Origin: a virus
Taxonomy: Duplodnaviria > Caudoviricetes
Reading direction: 5' to 3' (one strand)
Length of the DNA: 48,287 nucleotides
Virus record (IMG/VR): IMGVR_UViG_3300049896_000006
Span: 1-48,287 of that record
Shown here: positions 7,870 to 16,706 of the stretch, in pieces
Layout of the letters: each line of letters begins with the position of its first letter
Position numbering within the stretch: the stretch's first letter is position 1
The notes under the pieces: generated by a model
The model's input: only the letters and a program-made list of their open reading frames with translations
The model's database searches: none
What the model was told of the DNA's origin: nothing
Program-made: the position numbers and the translations under genes

Positions 7870-9848
7870 GGGGTGGCCGGCGGGTCGAGGGGGCCGGGGT
7901 CCTTGAGCCAGGTCGCGAGGTTGGTCAGGGCGCGGTTGCGGGTGTCGCCTGTGCCGAGGGGGGATAGGCCGCGTTGGCGGGCGATGTACCTGGTGACGGT
8001 GGTGACGTCGGCGCGTAGCCAGTCGTACGCCTCCTTGTACCTGAGGGCGCGGGCGAGGGTGCGGCGGAGGAGGTCGGCACAGTCGGGGCGGTTGCAGGTG
8101 TGGGCGGTGCTGGGCGGGTCGTCCAGGACGGTGGTCGCGGCGTCGGGGCGGCGGCAGTCGTCGTGTGAGCAGGTGACGCAGCCCCCGGACCCGAGGAACA
8201 GGCCCTCGCGCCGGCAGGTGGGGCAGATCCCTGCGACGTGGGGGAAGGTCCAGTCCGCGGGGCCCTTGCCCGTCTGGATGCTGCGCCAGCGTTCGATGGT
8301 CTGGGGGTCGAGGTAGCCGGTGCGGGTGGCTTTGCCGCCGACGTCGGCGTGGACGGTGAAGTGGCCGAGGATGTCGGCGAGGGCGGTGGCGAGTTCGCCG
8401 ACCCGGGCGCGTAGGGCGGCGATCTCGCTGGTGTGGTCGGGGTGGTCGCCGCTTGGGGCGGATCCGCCCGGTGCGGGCAGGGTGGGGTTGTAGCGGGGCA
8501 TGGTGCGCAGGGCGTCGCTGATGGCGAGGGTGAGTTCCCAGTGGGCTGTCTCGCCGGGGCGGGACAGCTCGGTGTCGACAGTCGCGCGGATGACCTTCCG
8601 CTCGCGTTCGGTGTCGGTGAGTCCGTCGGGGCCGAGGTACGTGTCTTCGGCGGCCGGCGGGCCGGGCTCGTCGGGCGCGACCGCCGCGGTGTCCTCGTCG
8701 GGGCCGCGGGGCGTGGCGCGGGTGATCGCGGCGAACGCTTCGGCGAGGGCGGCGCCCATCTGCCGGCGGGGAACGCGTGCTGTCCACACTGTCCGGACAG
8801 TGTCCGGACAGGTTGTCCGGGCCGTGTCCGGGTCGTCCTCGCGGACAGGGTCCGGGTCGTTGTCCGGACACGCTGTCCGGACAATGTCCGTGCTGGTCAA
8901 GACGGGTGCGGTCGTGTCCGTGTCCAGGGCTGTCCGGGGGGTGTCCGGACTGTCCGTGTCCGGACACGTGTCCGGGGTGGTGCCCGGGTCGCCGTCCTTC
9001 CAGAAGAGGGTGCTGCCGTCTTGCGACGTGCCTTCGTGCCAGAGGCCGGGGGTGCCGTCGGGGTGCCGGTCGTGGTGCCGCTCGCAGCGGGCGCGGCCGT
9101 GGAACGGCTCCAGGCAGAGGGACGTGCAGGCCCACGCCTGCGGACGGTGGAGGCCGGTGCGGATACAGGGGCCGTCGCGGCCACAGTCGCAGTCGGCGCA
9201 CCGCCAGCAAAAGAGCTGGTCTAGGTAGTTGTCGTACACGACCGGGCCGCCGCCGCACACGCAACACAGGGCGGCGGCCGGGTACCTGCTCCCCTCGACG
9301 AGGTGCGTGCGGGCGTCGACGACCGCAGGGCGGGCGCTCTTGGGGCACTCGGGGTGCGGGTGGACTTCCTCGCCGTTCTCCTCGTAGCAGAGGCCGCAGT
9401 CGAGCAGCCGGGCGCGGGCCGCGGCGAGAGTCGCTTCAGCGCGCTCGTACCCGTCGTTGTCGGTCGCCGGGTCGAACTGCCACGGCTCGCCCTCGTCGTT
9501 CGTGATCAGGGACCAGCCGGTGAAGGCGCCGCGGTCGTCGGTGTGGACGGCGAGGGCGACGCCGCGGGGGTGGAGTGCGGTGCGGTTGATCAGCCATAGG
9601 AGGCCGCTGTTGCGGAGGTCGGTCCAGGGGCGGGGGGCGCCGGCCGGGCCGGGCTGGGGTTCGTTGGTCGGGGAGATGTCGAAGGCGGCGGGGAAGGTCT
9701 CGCGGCCGCCGCCGGGCGTCTCCAGGACGATGGACCACTGGTCCCATACCTCGGTGAGGCGGCCCTGCCAGACGCGGCGGGGGTCGTCGGGGTGCTTGAC
9801 CGTGACCCAGTGGTCGAGGAGGCCGGTGAGGGTCCGCAGGTCGTTCAC
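7866..9848 (-). CDS. Large mosaic hypothetical protein with several Cys/His clusters
   Basis: 660-aa ORF; CGLC, CCVC, CWRC, CPTC motifs; PDT repeats. Confidence 0.7.
   Translation of the reverse strand: MNDLRTLTGLLDHWVTVKHPDDPRRVWQGRLTEVWDQWSIVLETPGGGRETFPAAFDISPTNEPQPGPAGAPRPWTDLRNSGLLWLINRTALHPRGVALAVHTDDRGAFTGWSLITNDEGEPWQFDPATDNDGYERAEATLAAARARLLDCGLCYEENGEEVHPHPECPKSARPAVVDARTHLVEGSRYPAAALCCVCGGGPVVYDNYLDQLFCWRCADCDCGRDGPCIRTGLHRPQAWACTSLCLEPFHGRARCERHHDRHPDGTPGLWHEGTSQDGSTLFWKDGDPGTTPDTCPDTDSPDTPRTALDTDTTAPVLTSTDIVRTACPDNDPDPVREDDPDTARTTCPDTVRTVWTARVPRRQMGAALAEAFAAITRATPRGPDEDTAAVAPDEPGPPAAEDTYLGPDGLTDTERERKVIRATVDTELSRPGETAHWELTLAISDALRTMPRYNPTLPAPGGSAPSGDHPDHTSEIAALRARVGELATALADILGHFTVHADVGGKATRTGYLDPQTIERWRSIQTGKGPADWTFPHVAGICPTCRREGLFLGSGGCVTCSHDDCRRPDAATTVLDDPPSTAHTCNRPDCADLLRRTLARALRYKEAYDWLRADVTTVTRYIARQRGLSPLGTGDTRNRALTNLATWLKDPGPLDPPATP
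8781..8975. repeat. TGTCCGGACA-family cluster B
   Basis: Perfect 10-mers at 8790, 8801, 8861, 8874, 8957 plus many half-sites. Confidence 0.9.
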
Positions 9849-10258
9849 GGGCGTTCTGCCTTCTCGTCGGGGTCGTCGAGCGGAGGGAAGTCGAGCCAGC
9901 CGCGGAGGCGGTGCAGCCGCTGCCGGGGCCAGTGCCGGAAGAGGCGGGTGGCGTCCGCGGCCGCGAGAATCTCCGGGTCGGTCGAGCGGCGGACGGCGGC
10001 GAGGCAGGTCAGTACGTCGGCGTCGATCCAGACCGGGTCAGAGTGAGCGAGGCACGCGTCGGGCCGGTGCTCGCGGGAGGGCGGACAGACGAGTTCGGAC
10101 GGGCCGCCGGACATGCGCAGGACGACGAGGTCACAGTGCGGGTGCTCACTGATGCCGCCGGCCGCAATCTCGGCCAGTGCTTCCTCGGCGCTGCGGTGCG
10201 GGCGGTACTCGATCGCCGGGTCGTGAGAGAGGCACAGCGTGTAGTAGGTGCTGCTCAC
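9845..10258 (-). CDS. Hypothetical phage protein
   Basis: MSSTYYTLCLSHDPAI...; GTGA coupling. Confidence 0.65.
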   Translation of the reverse strand: MSSTYYTLCLSHDPAIEYRPHRSAEEALAEIAAGGISEHPHCDLVVLRMSGGPSELVCPPSREHRPDACLAHSDPVWIDADVLTCLAAVRRSTDPEILAAADATRLFRHWPRQRLHRLRGWLDFPPLDDPDEKAERP

Positions 10259-10446
10259 CGGGCGGTCCTCCCCTTGTCCAGGAGAAGGCGGGCGACCGTC
10301 TCGTGCACGTACTCGGGCCATCCCTGCAGAAGCTGTGTGAGGGCGTGGTGGTCGCCCTCAGCGGCGCGGCGGCGAAGGCCGTCGATGCGGAGGGCGGCGT
10401 CGATCTCGCCGCGGGTGATGCGGAGTACGGCGAGCAGGGCGGTCAT
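10255..10446 (-). CDS. Small hypothetical protein
   Basis: 63-aa ORF coupled at both ends. Confidence 0.6.
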   Translation of the reverse strand: MTALLAVLRITRGEIDAALRIDGLRRRAAEGDHHALTQLLQGWPEYVHETVARLLLDKGRTAR

Positions 10447-10970
10447 TCGGTCGCCTCGCTGTCGGCCGGTGGCGTCTCGGGCTGCGGGGCGCGCCGGCGT
10501 TCGCAGGCGTCTTCCTCGTCGTTGGTTTCGTGCGCCGCTTCACAGATGGGCATGGGCATGGGTTCGGGGGTGGGCCCGGGGTCGGGCCGTCCGTCGTCGT
10601 ACTGCCAGAGCGGGTGTTCGGGGCGGGCGGTGATGTGGAGGCATTCGAGGAGGTAGCGGGCGGCGTAGGTGCAGACCTCGGGGTGGAGCTCGATCGGGTA
10701 GGGGGTGGCGTTGTCGAGGGCGTGGGCGAGGGCCTCGACAGTCATCCCGCAGCCGGGTGGACACAGGGCCTCGTCCCAGCGGAACTCGCAGCGCTGGCAT
10801 TCGCGCTGCAGCCGTTCGGGCAGGGGGCCTCGGCGCAGGCGGCCGCCGTGGCTCTGGAGGAGCATGCCGGGGGCGAGTGCCGGCTGGTGTCTGGTGTCCG
10901 CCTCGGGGTTGCTGCACTTGGGGCAGGGGGTCTCGGTCCCGCTGTAGGGGGGCAGGATGGTGGCGGTCAT
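10443..10970 (-). CDS. Zinc-ribbon hypothetical protein
   Basis: CPKC...CQRC; ATGA coupling. Confidence 0.65.
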   Translation of the reverse strand: MTATILPPYSGTETPCPKCSNPEADTRHQPALAPGMLLQSHGGRLRRGPLPERLQRECQRCEFRWDEALCPPGCGMTVEALAHALDNATPYPIELHPEVCTYAARYLLECLHITARPEHPLWQYDDGRPDPGPTPEPMPMPICEAAHETNDEEDACERRRAPQPETPPADSEATE

Positions 10971-11329
10971 TCGTCGTCTCCAGCTTCGGCGAGGTAGTCG
11001 GACCGGCGGGGTGCGCCCTTGGGACAGGTGGCGTCGTGGGCTTCGCCGAAGGTTTCCCACCAGGTCTCGCAGGAGCACTGTTCGACGCGGGTCAGGCGGC
11101 GGGCGGCGCGGCGGGCCCGGAGGCGGGTGACCCAGGCGGGGCGTCCGGTCTCGTGGAGGTCGGCGCGGCTGATCTCGCGGACGAGGGCGGCGAGCGTGAT
11201 GGCCGCGATGGCGTACAGGGTGAGGGCGAGATCCCACCGGTCGAGGGTCGCCGCGAGAGTGCCGGCGCGCGCGGTGCCGAGGAGGACCAGGCCGTGGAGG
11301 CCGAACATGATCTTTCCGGTGAGAGTCAT
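10967..11329 (-). CDS. Membrane protein with C-terminal Cys/His cluster
   Basis: Two hydrophobic segments then CSCETWW..HDATC. Confidence 0.6.
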   Translation of the reverse strand: MTLTGKIMFGLHGLVLLGTARAGTLAATLDRWDLALTLYAIAAITLAALVREISRADLHETGRPAWVTRLRARRAARRLTRVEQCSCETWWETFGEAHDATCPKGAPRRSDYLAEAGDDE

Positions 11330-11423
11330 CTGGTCGGCCTCCTCATGGTGTGGCGGGCGCGGCGGGCGGCGTGCGGCACGGTGGCGAGCAGCGGCGCGGC
11401 GAGGATGAGGACGGTCAGGGCGT

Positions 11424-11840
11424 TCACTGTGCGGCCGCCGGGATGTCCATGCGGGGGACCTGGTCGAGGTACTTGGCGTACACGCTCTCGACGGCTTCAC
11501 GGACGGCGGCGGTCAGGACGCGGCGGAAGGCGGGTTCGAGGTGGCTGCCGGCGGCGATCTGTACGGCGATGTCCTCCCCGCGGGGGGTGCGCCAGAGGTG
11601 GGCGTGGATGGGTTCGAGGTCTGCGGCGCCCAGCTCGATCGCCCAGAGGGAGACGTCGGCTGCGCCCCGGACGAGGGCGATGACGCGGCGGGTGATCTCG
11701 TCGTGGTCCTTGCCGCCGGTGACCTGTGTGCAGGCGGGAAGGGTGCTGAGGAATCCGGCGACGTCGGCGGGGTGGGGGTGGCCGGCGAGTTGCTGGTGGA
11801 GGGCGGCGGCCGCCTGGTGGAGGTCGGTGGTGGTGGTCAT
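11424..11840 (-). CDS. Hypothetical protein
   Basis: MTTTTDLHQ...; ATGA coupling, AGGAG RBS. Confidence 0.6.
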   Translation of the reverse strand: MTTTTDLHQAAAALHQQLAGHPHPADVAGFLSTLPACTQVTGGKDHDEITRRVIALVRGAADVSLWAIELGAADLEPIHAHLWRTPRGEDIAVQIAAGSHLEPAFRRVLTAAVREAVESVYAKYLDQVPRMDIPAAAQ

Positions 11841-12457
11841 GGCTGCAGCTCCTGCGGGGTGGGGCGGTGGATGGCGGCCGCGAGGTCGACAGCGGCCTGG
11901 CTGAGGGAGTCCTGTACGAGGCCGCCCTCCTGGTGGACGGATTCGTATGCCTCGTGCAGGACGGCGGTGACGGCCCGGCCGAAGTCGGGGTTGACGGTGG
12001 CGATGTACGCGGCGTCGGCGGCGGCCTGCGGATGCCCGGCCGGGCCGGTGAGGGCGACGCAGTCGGTAGCGGTGGTGCCGCCTGCGACGAGTTCGGCGCC
12101 GGGTGCGGTGCCCTGGCTGACGGTCCAGCGGATACCGGTGGGCGGCCGGTAGGTCCACCGGCCGGGGGTGGCCCTGTTGACGAGGGCGAGGAGCGTGCTC
12201 TCGGCGGCCTGCAGCAGTTCGTCCGGGCGCGGCTGCGGGAGGGTGAGGCCGGCCGGGCCGTGGGCGAGGATGACGCGGGGGCGGCCGCGGACGCCGGAAC
12301 AGGCGGCGCAGTAGTCGGTGCCGCCGTTGGCGCGCCAGCCGTACGCCGCGGCGATCGTGCGGGCCTCGCCGATCGTCAGGGCGTCGGTCATGAGGGACTG
12401 GGCGCATGCCGATAAGCCGTGCACGGTGTTGCAGTGGAGCGAGATGCGGACGCTCAT
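11837..12457 (-). CDS. Zn-finger plus Ead/Ea22-like protein; contains a TTA codon
   Basis: ATPGRW...DAAYIATVNP motif; codon 15 is TTA (12413-12415). Confidence 0.65.
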   Translation of the reverse strand: MSVRISLHCNTVHGLSACAQSLMTDALTIGEARTIAAAYGWRANGGTDYCAACSGVRGRPRVILAHGPAGLTLPQPRPDELLQAAESTLLALVNRATPGRWTYRPPTGIRWTVSQGTAPGAELVAGGTTATDCVALTGPAGHPQAAADAAYIATVNPDFGRAVTAVLHEAYESVHQEGGLVQDSLSQAAVDLAAAIHRPTPQELQP

Positions 12458-13038
12458 GGCTGGATGACCCCGTGCTCGTCGACGCGCAGGGGTACGGGCT
12501 CCTCGGCGAGGTCCCTGGCAATCTTGAGGAGGGCGCGGCAGACGGCCCTCTCGCGTGGGTCCTCGACCGTCTGCTGATCGACGCGGTACAGGCTGACCCG
12601 GTCGGTCGCGGCGTAGATCAGCGCGGGTCCGTCGTCGACGCCGGGTAGCGGCGGCTTGCTGAAGTCCCCGATTTCCAGGGCGTGCACGGCCAGGGCGTGG
12701 CACACGCAGCGCTCGCGCGCATCGGTCGGGGCGGAGCGGTCGACCCAGGTGACGGTGCGGGTCTCGTTCGTTTCCGGGGTGATGTAGAAGAGGGCGGGGC
12801 CGCTCACGGCGAGTTGGAAGCCAGCGGCCCGCAGGGAGCCGACGAGGGGCCGGCCGACCAGGAATGCCCGGTGGACGGGAAGGCTCCAGCGGCTGTCTCC
12901 CACGACGGTGATCCTTTCGCCGTTCAGCTCGGTGACGGTCCCCACGACGGTGTCGGTGGTCGGCAGGGGGAGGGTGCCGCCGACGGTGTCGCCGACGTGG
13001 AGGGGGCGGCCTGCGGCGTCGAGGGTGCTGGTCGTCAT
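12454..13038 (-). CDS. Hypothetical protein with SH3/KOW-like N-terminus
   Basis: LDAAGRPLHVGDTVGG shared with 13171..13704; internal DxRERxVCxAL repeat. Confidence 0.65.
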   Translation of the reverse strand: MTTSTLDAAGRPLHVGDTVGGTLPLPTTDTVVGTVTELNGERITVVGDSRWSLPVHRAFLVGRPLVGSLRAAGFQLAVSGPALFYITPETNETRTVTWVDRSAPTDARERCVCHALAVHALEIGDFSKPPLPGVDDGPALIYAATDRVSLYRVDQQTVEDPRERAVCRALLKIARDLAEEPVPLRVDEHGVIQP

Positions 13039-13170
13039 CTGGGGTGCTCCTGGTGCTGTGGGGGTGTCGGGCCGCCCGCCGGACGCGGGCGGCCCCAGGG
13101 AGAGTTGGCGGGCGGACTGGTCGGCGTTGTGCGCGTGGCCGCGGAGGTCGGCGGCGGGGCGCCTTGGGTG

Positions 13171-13704
13171 TCAGTCGGGTGTGTCGGCGGGGGCGAGTGG
13201 CGCGTACGCGGTGTTGAAGTGCTCGGGGGTGCAGATGCGCATGACGCGGTGGTCGGGCGGGTGGAGCAGGAAGTAGCCGGGCGGGCAGATCTGCGGCGTG
13301 GGCTTGTGCTTGTGCAGGCGGATGAGGAGAGCGGTGCCGTCCGTGCCGACGATGGCGCCGACAAGGCGGCGGCCGACGAACGTGGCGGCCTCCTCGATGT
13401 CGTTGGGGTCGCCGCTCCAGCGCATGGTCGTGATGGGGCCGGCCACGGTGCGGACCTGCTGTCCCTGTATGGCCCGGCCGTAGATCAGGAAGAGGGTGCG
13501 GGCGGGGAGCCATACCGGGTCGCCGGTCTGTGGGGTCTTCTTGCCGGGCGGGGCCGCGGTGAGGACGGAGACGAGGACGCGGTGCTGTCCGACCTCGCGG
13601 ACCTCGCCGGTGACGGTGAACTGGCCGGGCTTGACGGTGATCCCGCCGACGGTGTCGCCGACGTGGACGGTGCGGCCTGCGGCGTCGAGGAGGGTGCGCG
13701 TCAT
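13171..13704 (-). CDS. Hypothetical protein, N-terminal paralogue of 12454..13038
   Basis: LDAAGRTVHVGDTVGG; AGGAG RBS. Confidence 0.65.
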   Translation of the reverse strand: MTRTLLDAAGRTVHVGDTVGGITVKPGQFTVTGEVREVGQHRVLVSVLTAAPPGKKTPQTGDPVWLPARTLFLIYGRAIQGQQVRTVAGPITTMRWSGDPNDIEEAATFVGRRLVGAIVGTDGTALLIRLHKHKPTPQICPPGYFLLHPPDHRVMRICTPEHFNTAYAPLAPADTPD

Positions 13705-13781
13705 GGGGGTTTCTCCTACGCTGGGGGGACGCGGGCCGCCCTTGTGTTCACCAAGGGCGGCCCGCTGCTGTGTCATCGGGG

Positions 13782-14783
13782 TCAGTCCTGCTCTTCGGGC
13801 TGGCCGGTGAGGGCTCGCCGGCAGCCGCCGCAGAGGGTGAGGCGGGTCGCCTGCTCGGTGGGCATGGGCGGTGAGGCGACGAACGCGCTCGGGCACAGGG
13901 TGCGGGCCGGGTTGGCCGGGTCGACGGCGTGTTTCGTCGTGCGGTTCACGGACCGGCTGTTGAAGACGTAGGCCCGGACCTGCGGGGTGCGCGGGGGTTC
14001 TCCGCCCCAGTGCCCGCCGGCGTCGCAGTACACGCAGTGCCAGCGGCCGGCCTCGTCGGTCTTGTAGAAGTGCGGGCCCAGCTGGACCGGGTCGCTGACG
14101 GAGAGGTAGGACCCGGTGCGGTTCTGCGGACACTGGCCCTGGTCGATGCGGGCCGGGACCGATACGTTGCCGGTCGTCCAGGCGCACTGGGCGCGGTGGT
14201 CGTTGAGTCCGCGCTGCGCGGCTGTCTCGGTGGAGAAGCGGCAGATGCTGGGGTAGCCGCAGCCGCCGGTCTCGGTCAGGCACTGCCAGGACCAGGTGCT
14301 CCCTGTCAGGAACACGGGCTTCGGCTCGTCGGCAGCGGGTTCCGTCTCGCGGGCCTCAGCGTCGGCGACCTTGATTGCGGCGTCGGCGCGGGCGTACCAG
14401 ACGGCCCGGCGGAACGGCGACAGGGTGACCCAGGGCTGACGACGTGCCATCTCCACCAGCGTGGAGTAGAGGGCGGCGGCGTAGCGTTCCCGGCGCTCCT
14501 CGTCGGGGGTTGCCGGGGCGAGGTCCGGGACGGGGGTCGGCTCGCCCTTGATCCAGGCGGCGAGGGCCTCGGCGTATACCTGGCCGGCGGTTGCCGCGTG
14601 CTGCTCCAGGGCCTCGGCGTCTTCGCGAAGTCCGGCGAGATGGGGGGCGAAGCGGTGGACGGCGTCGCCCAGCGGTCCGGGCATGATCTTGGCGAGGGTG
14701 GCTGGGGTGCGGGTGATGCCGTGGCCGGGGTCGAGGCACAGGGCGAGGAACTCGCGCACGGTGGTGGAGTTGCTGAGGTCCAT
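13782..14783 (-). CDS. Hypothetical mosaic protein with Cys clusters
   Basis: MDLSNSTTVREF...; TAATG coupling. Confidence 0.6.
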   Translation of the reverse strand: MDLSNSTTVREFLALCLDPGHGITRTPATLAKIMPGPLGDAVHRFAPHLAGLREDAEALEQHAATAGQVYAEALAAWIKGEPTPVPDLAPATPDEERRERYAAALYSTLVEMARRQPWVTLSPFRRAVWYARADAAIKVADAEARETEPAADEPKPVFLTGSTWSWQCLTETGGCGYPSICRFSTETAAQRGLNDHRAQCAWTTGNVSVPARIDQGQCPQNRTGSYLSVSDPVQLGPHFYKTDEAGRWHCVYCDAGGHWGGEPPRTPQVRAYVFNSRSVNRTTKHAVDPANPARTLCPSAFVASPPMPTEQATRLTLCGGCRRALTGQPEEQD

Positions 14784-15268
14784 TACGGGGTCTTCCTGTT
14801 GAGGAGTTCGGGGCCGACGCCGAGCCAGCGCGGCACTCCGGGCTGGGGGGTCCGGCCGGTGCGCTGGGCGGCGACTTCGAGGAGGCGGCGGATGCCGGCC
14901 CGTCGGGTCTCGTCGCAGCGGACACCGGCGGTGACGTCGGCGAGGACGGGGCGGAGCGGGTGGGCGTCGATACGGACGCGGCCGCGCCAGGTACGGCGCT
15001 GGTGCAGGTCGGTGATGTGGGCGTGGTCGGCGCAGTCGAGGCCGCGGGCGAGGGCCTCGCGGTCGATGCGGTCGCCCAGCTCGACGCCGCCGGCGGTCCA
15101 GGCGTACCGGATGCGGAGGCCGCCGTCGGGCAGGGGGAAGACGATGACGAGGAACGTCTCGGGGTCGTGCTGGCCGGCGATGCTGGAGACGACGGCGAGC
15201 TGTGCCGGGCGCAGGTCGTCGGTGGGGGTGAGCAGGGCGGGCGGGTCGGTGACGGTGGGAGTGGTCAC
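14783..15268 (-). CDS. Hypothetical protein
   Basis: 161-aa ORF, coupled at both ends. Confidence 0.65.
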   Translation of the reverse strand: MTTPTVTDPPALLTPTDDLRPAQLAVVSSIAGQHDPETFLVIVFPLPDGGLRIRYAWTAGGVELGDRIDREALARGLDCADHAHITDLHQRRTWRGRVRIDAHPLRPVLADVTAGVRCDETRRAGIRRLLEVAAQRTGRTPQPGVPRWLGVGPELLNRKTP

Positions 15269-15735
15269 GGGGTGGGCTCCTCTCCGCGGGCGGCACGCTG
15301 CTCGCGGACGATCTCGGTAGCGGTGACGACGGCCAGTTCGTAGAGCGCGAGCAGGCCCCAGACCAGCTGGGGGCCCTCGCTGCCGGCGGAGTGGACGAGG
15401 GCGCGGAACAGGGCCTCGGCGGCGTCGTGGTCGCGGTTCGCCCAGGCGGTCGTGAACTGGGCGGTGAAGGCCTGCTCGGGCGGGAACACGTCGATCGAGC
15501 CGGTCTCACCGGTCTCGACGTTGTCGACGCTGATGACGAACTGGCCGGCGGGCTGGTCGCGGCGGGTGAGGAAGGACGCGGTCTCGGCGAGCATGCAGGC
15601 CAGGGCGTAGCAACTGCCGATGCTCTCGCTGATCAGCGGGATCAGGAGGTCGATCCCGCCGGGTGTGTCACCGGTGACGCCGTGCGCGAGGGCCGTGTTG
15701 ACGATCTCCGCTGCCTCTTCGTGAGTCGTGGTCAC
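15265..15735 (-). CDS. Hypothetical helical protein, paralogue of 18794..19237
   Basis: AFTAQFTTAWANRDHDAAEALFRAL. Confidence 0.65.
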   Translation of the reverse strand: MTTTHEEAAEIVNTALAHGVTGDTPGGIDLLIPLISESIGSCYALACMLAETASFLTRRDQPAGQFVISVDNVETGETGSIDVFPPEQAFTAQFTTAWANRDHDAAEALFRALVHSAGSEGPQLVWGLLALYELAVVTATEIVREQRAARGEEPTP

Positions 15736-15738
15736 GGG

Positions 15739-16287
15739 TCAGTCCTCCTGTTCCCATGTCGTGCCGCAGTCGTCGTCGTGGTCGTCTTCGTGGCCGGCGT
15801 CGAGCTGGCAGAAGACCTCTGACCCGACGCTGTTGTGGTTCATGTCGTCGCAGACCTGCGGTGCCGGGATCGGCGGCGGCACGGGGGCGCGCCTGCGGCG
15901 GCGGCGCTTGCAGGGGCCGACCAGGCCGGCGCCCCGCTCGAACTCGGTCAGGACGCGGGCGAGGCGGCGGGCCTCAGCACGGGCGGCACGGCGGGCCCTC
16001 ATGCGGGCGATGGTCTGCGCCGGCGTCGGCCGGACCCATCCGTGCGGGCCCGCCGAGCTGATCACGTCCCGGGCACCGTGCTGGTAGGCGGGCCGTCCGC
16101 ACCAGCGGCAGCCGTGCGGCAGGGGCGGGCTCCCGTCGGGGAACCTGATCGGGCCGTGTCTCATGCCGGTCTGGCGGTCGGTCACCCAGGGCCGCCCAGA
16201 GGCCGTGAGCGATGCCACGGATTCGAGGAACAGGGGCATGCAGTGCTCACCTTCGTCGGGATCGGGGGTGGGGCGGGGGGCGGTCAT
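15739..16287 (-). CDS. Hypothetical protein with CRWC..H..H motif
   Basis: ATGA coupling at 16287. Confidence 0.6.
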   Translation of the reverse strand: MTAPRPTPDPDEGEHCMPLFLESVASLTASGRPWVTDRQTGMRHGPIRFPDGSPPLPHGCRWCGRPAYQHGARDVISSAGPHGWVRPTPAQTIARMRARRAARAEARRLARVLTEFERGAGLVGPCKRRRRRRAPVPPPIPAPQVCDDMNHNSVGSEVFCQLDAGHEDDHDDDCGTTWEQED

Positions 16288-16706
16288 TTCGAGTCCCGCA
16301 GGTCGGTGTCCTTGCGGCAGAGCAGGACGGCGCGGGCGACAGCTTGAGGGCCGTAGCGGGCTTCGGCGGCCGGCCATCCCTCGGCCGCGACGGCCGCGCA
16401 GATGTCGGCGACAGAGGCGGCCTCGAGGGCGCCTGCCTGCTCCGCGAGCTGGCCGGCCCGCTGGTGCTGGGCGCAGATCAGACAGGCCCCGCCCGCGGCC
16501 GGGTCGACAGGCACCGCGGGGTGGAAGCGGCAGCCCGACGGGCCCAGTGCGGCGCGGGCGGCGAGGAGCAGACGGCGGGCCTGGTCCAGGTCGGTGAGGA
16601 TCTCGTCGAGCTGGTCGGGGGCCGTGGCGAACAGGGCGAGCCGGTCGCCGTGCTCCCCCAGGACGCGCAAGGCGTCGGCCAGGTCGGTCGTGTCGAGGTG
16701 CATCAT
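16284..16706 (-). CDS. Hypothetical protein downstream of replication initiator
   Basis: MMHLDTTDL...CRFH..CLIC; TGATG coupling. Confidence 0.6.
   Translation of the reverse strand: MMHLDTTDLADALRVLGEHGDRLALFATAPDQLDEILTDLDQARRLLLAARAALGPSGCRFHPAVPVDPAAGGACLICAQHQRAGQLAEQAGALEAASVADICAAVAAEGWPAAEARYGPQAVARAVLLCRKDTDLRDSK

Noticed and set aside
8781-8975. Repeat clusters as CRISPR arrays
   Set aside because: Units are 10 bp or shorter, irregularly spaced, with no unique spacers and no cas genes
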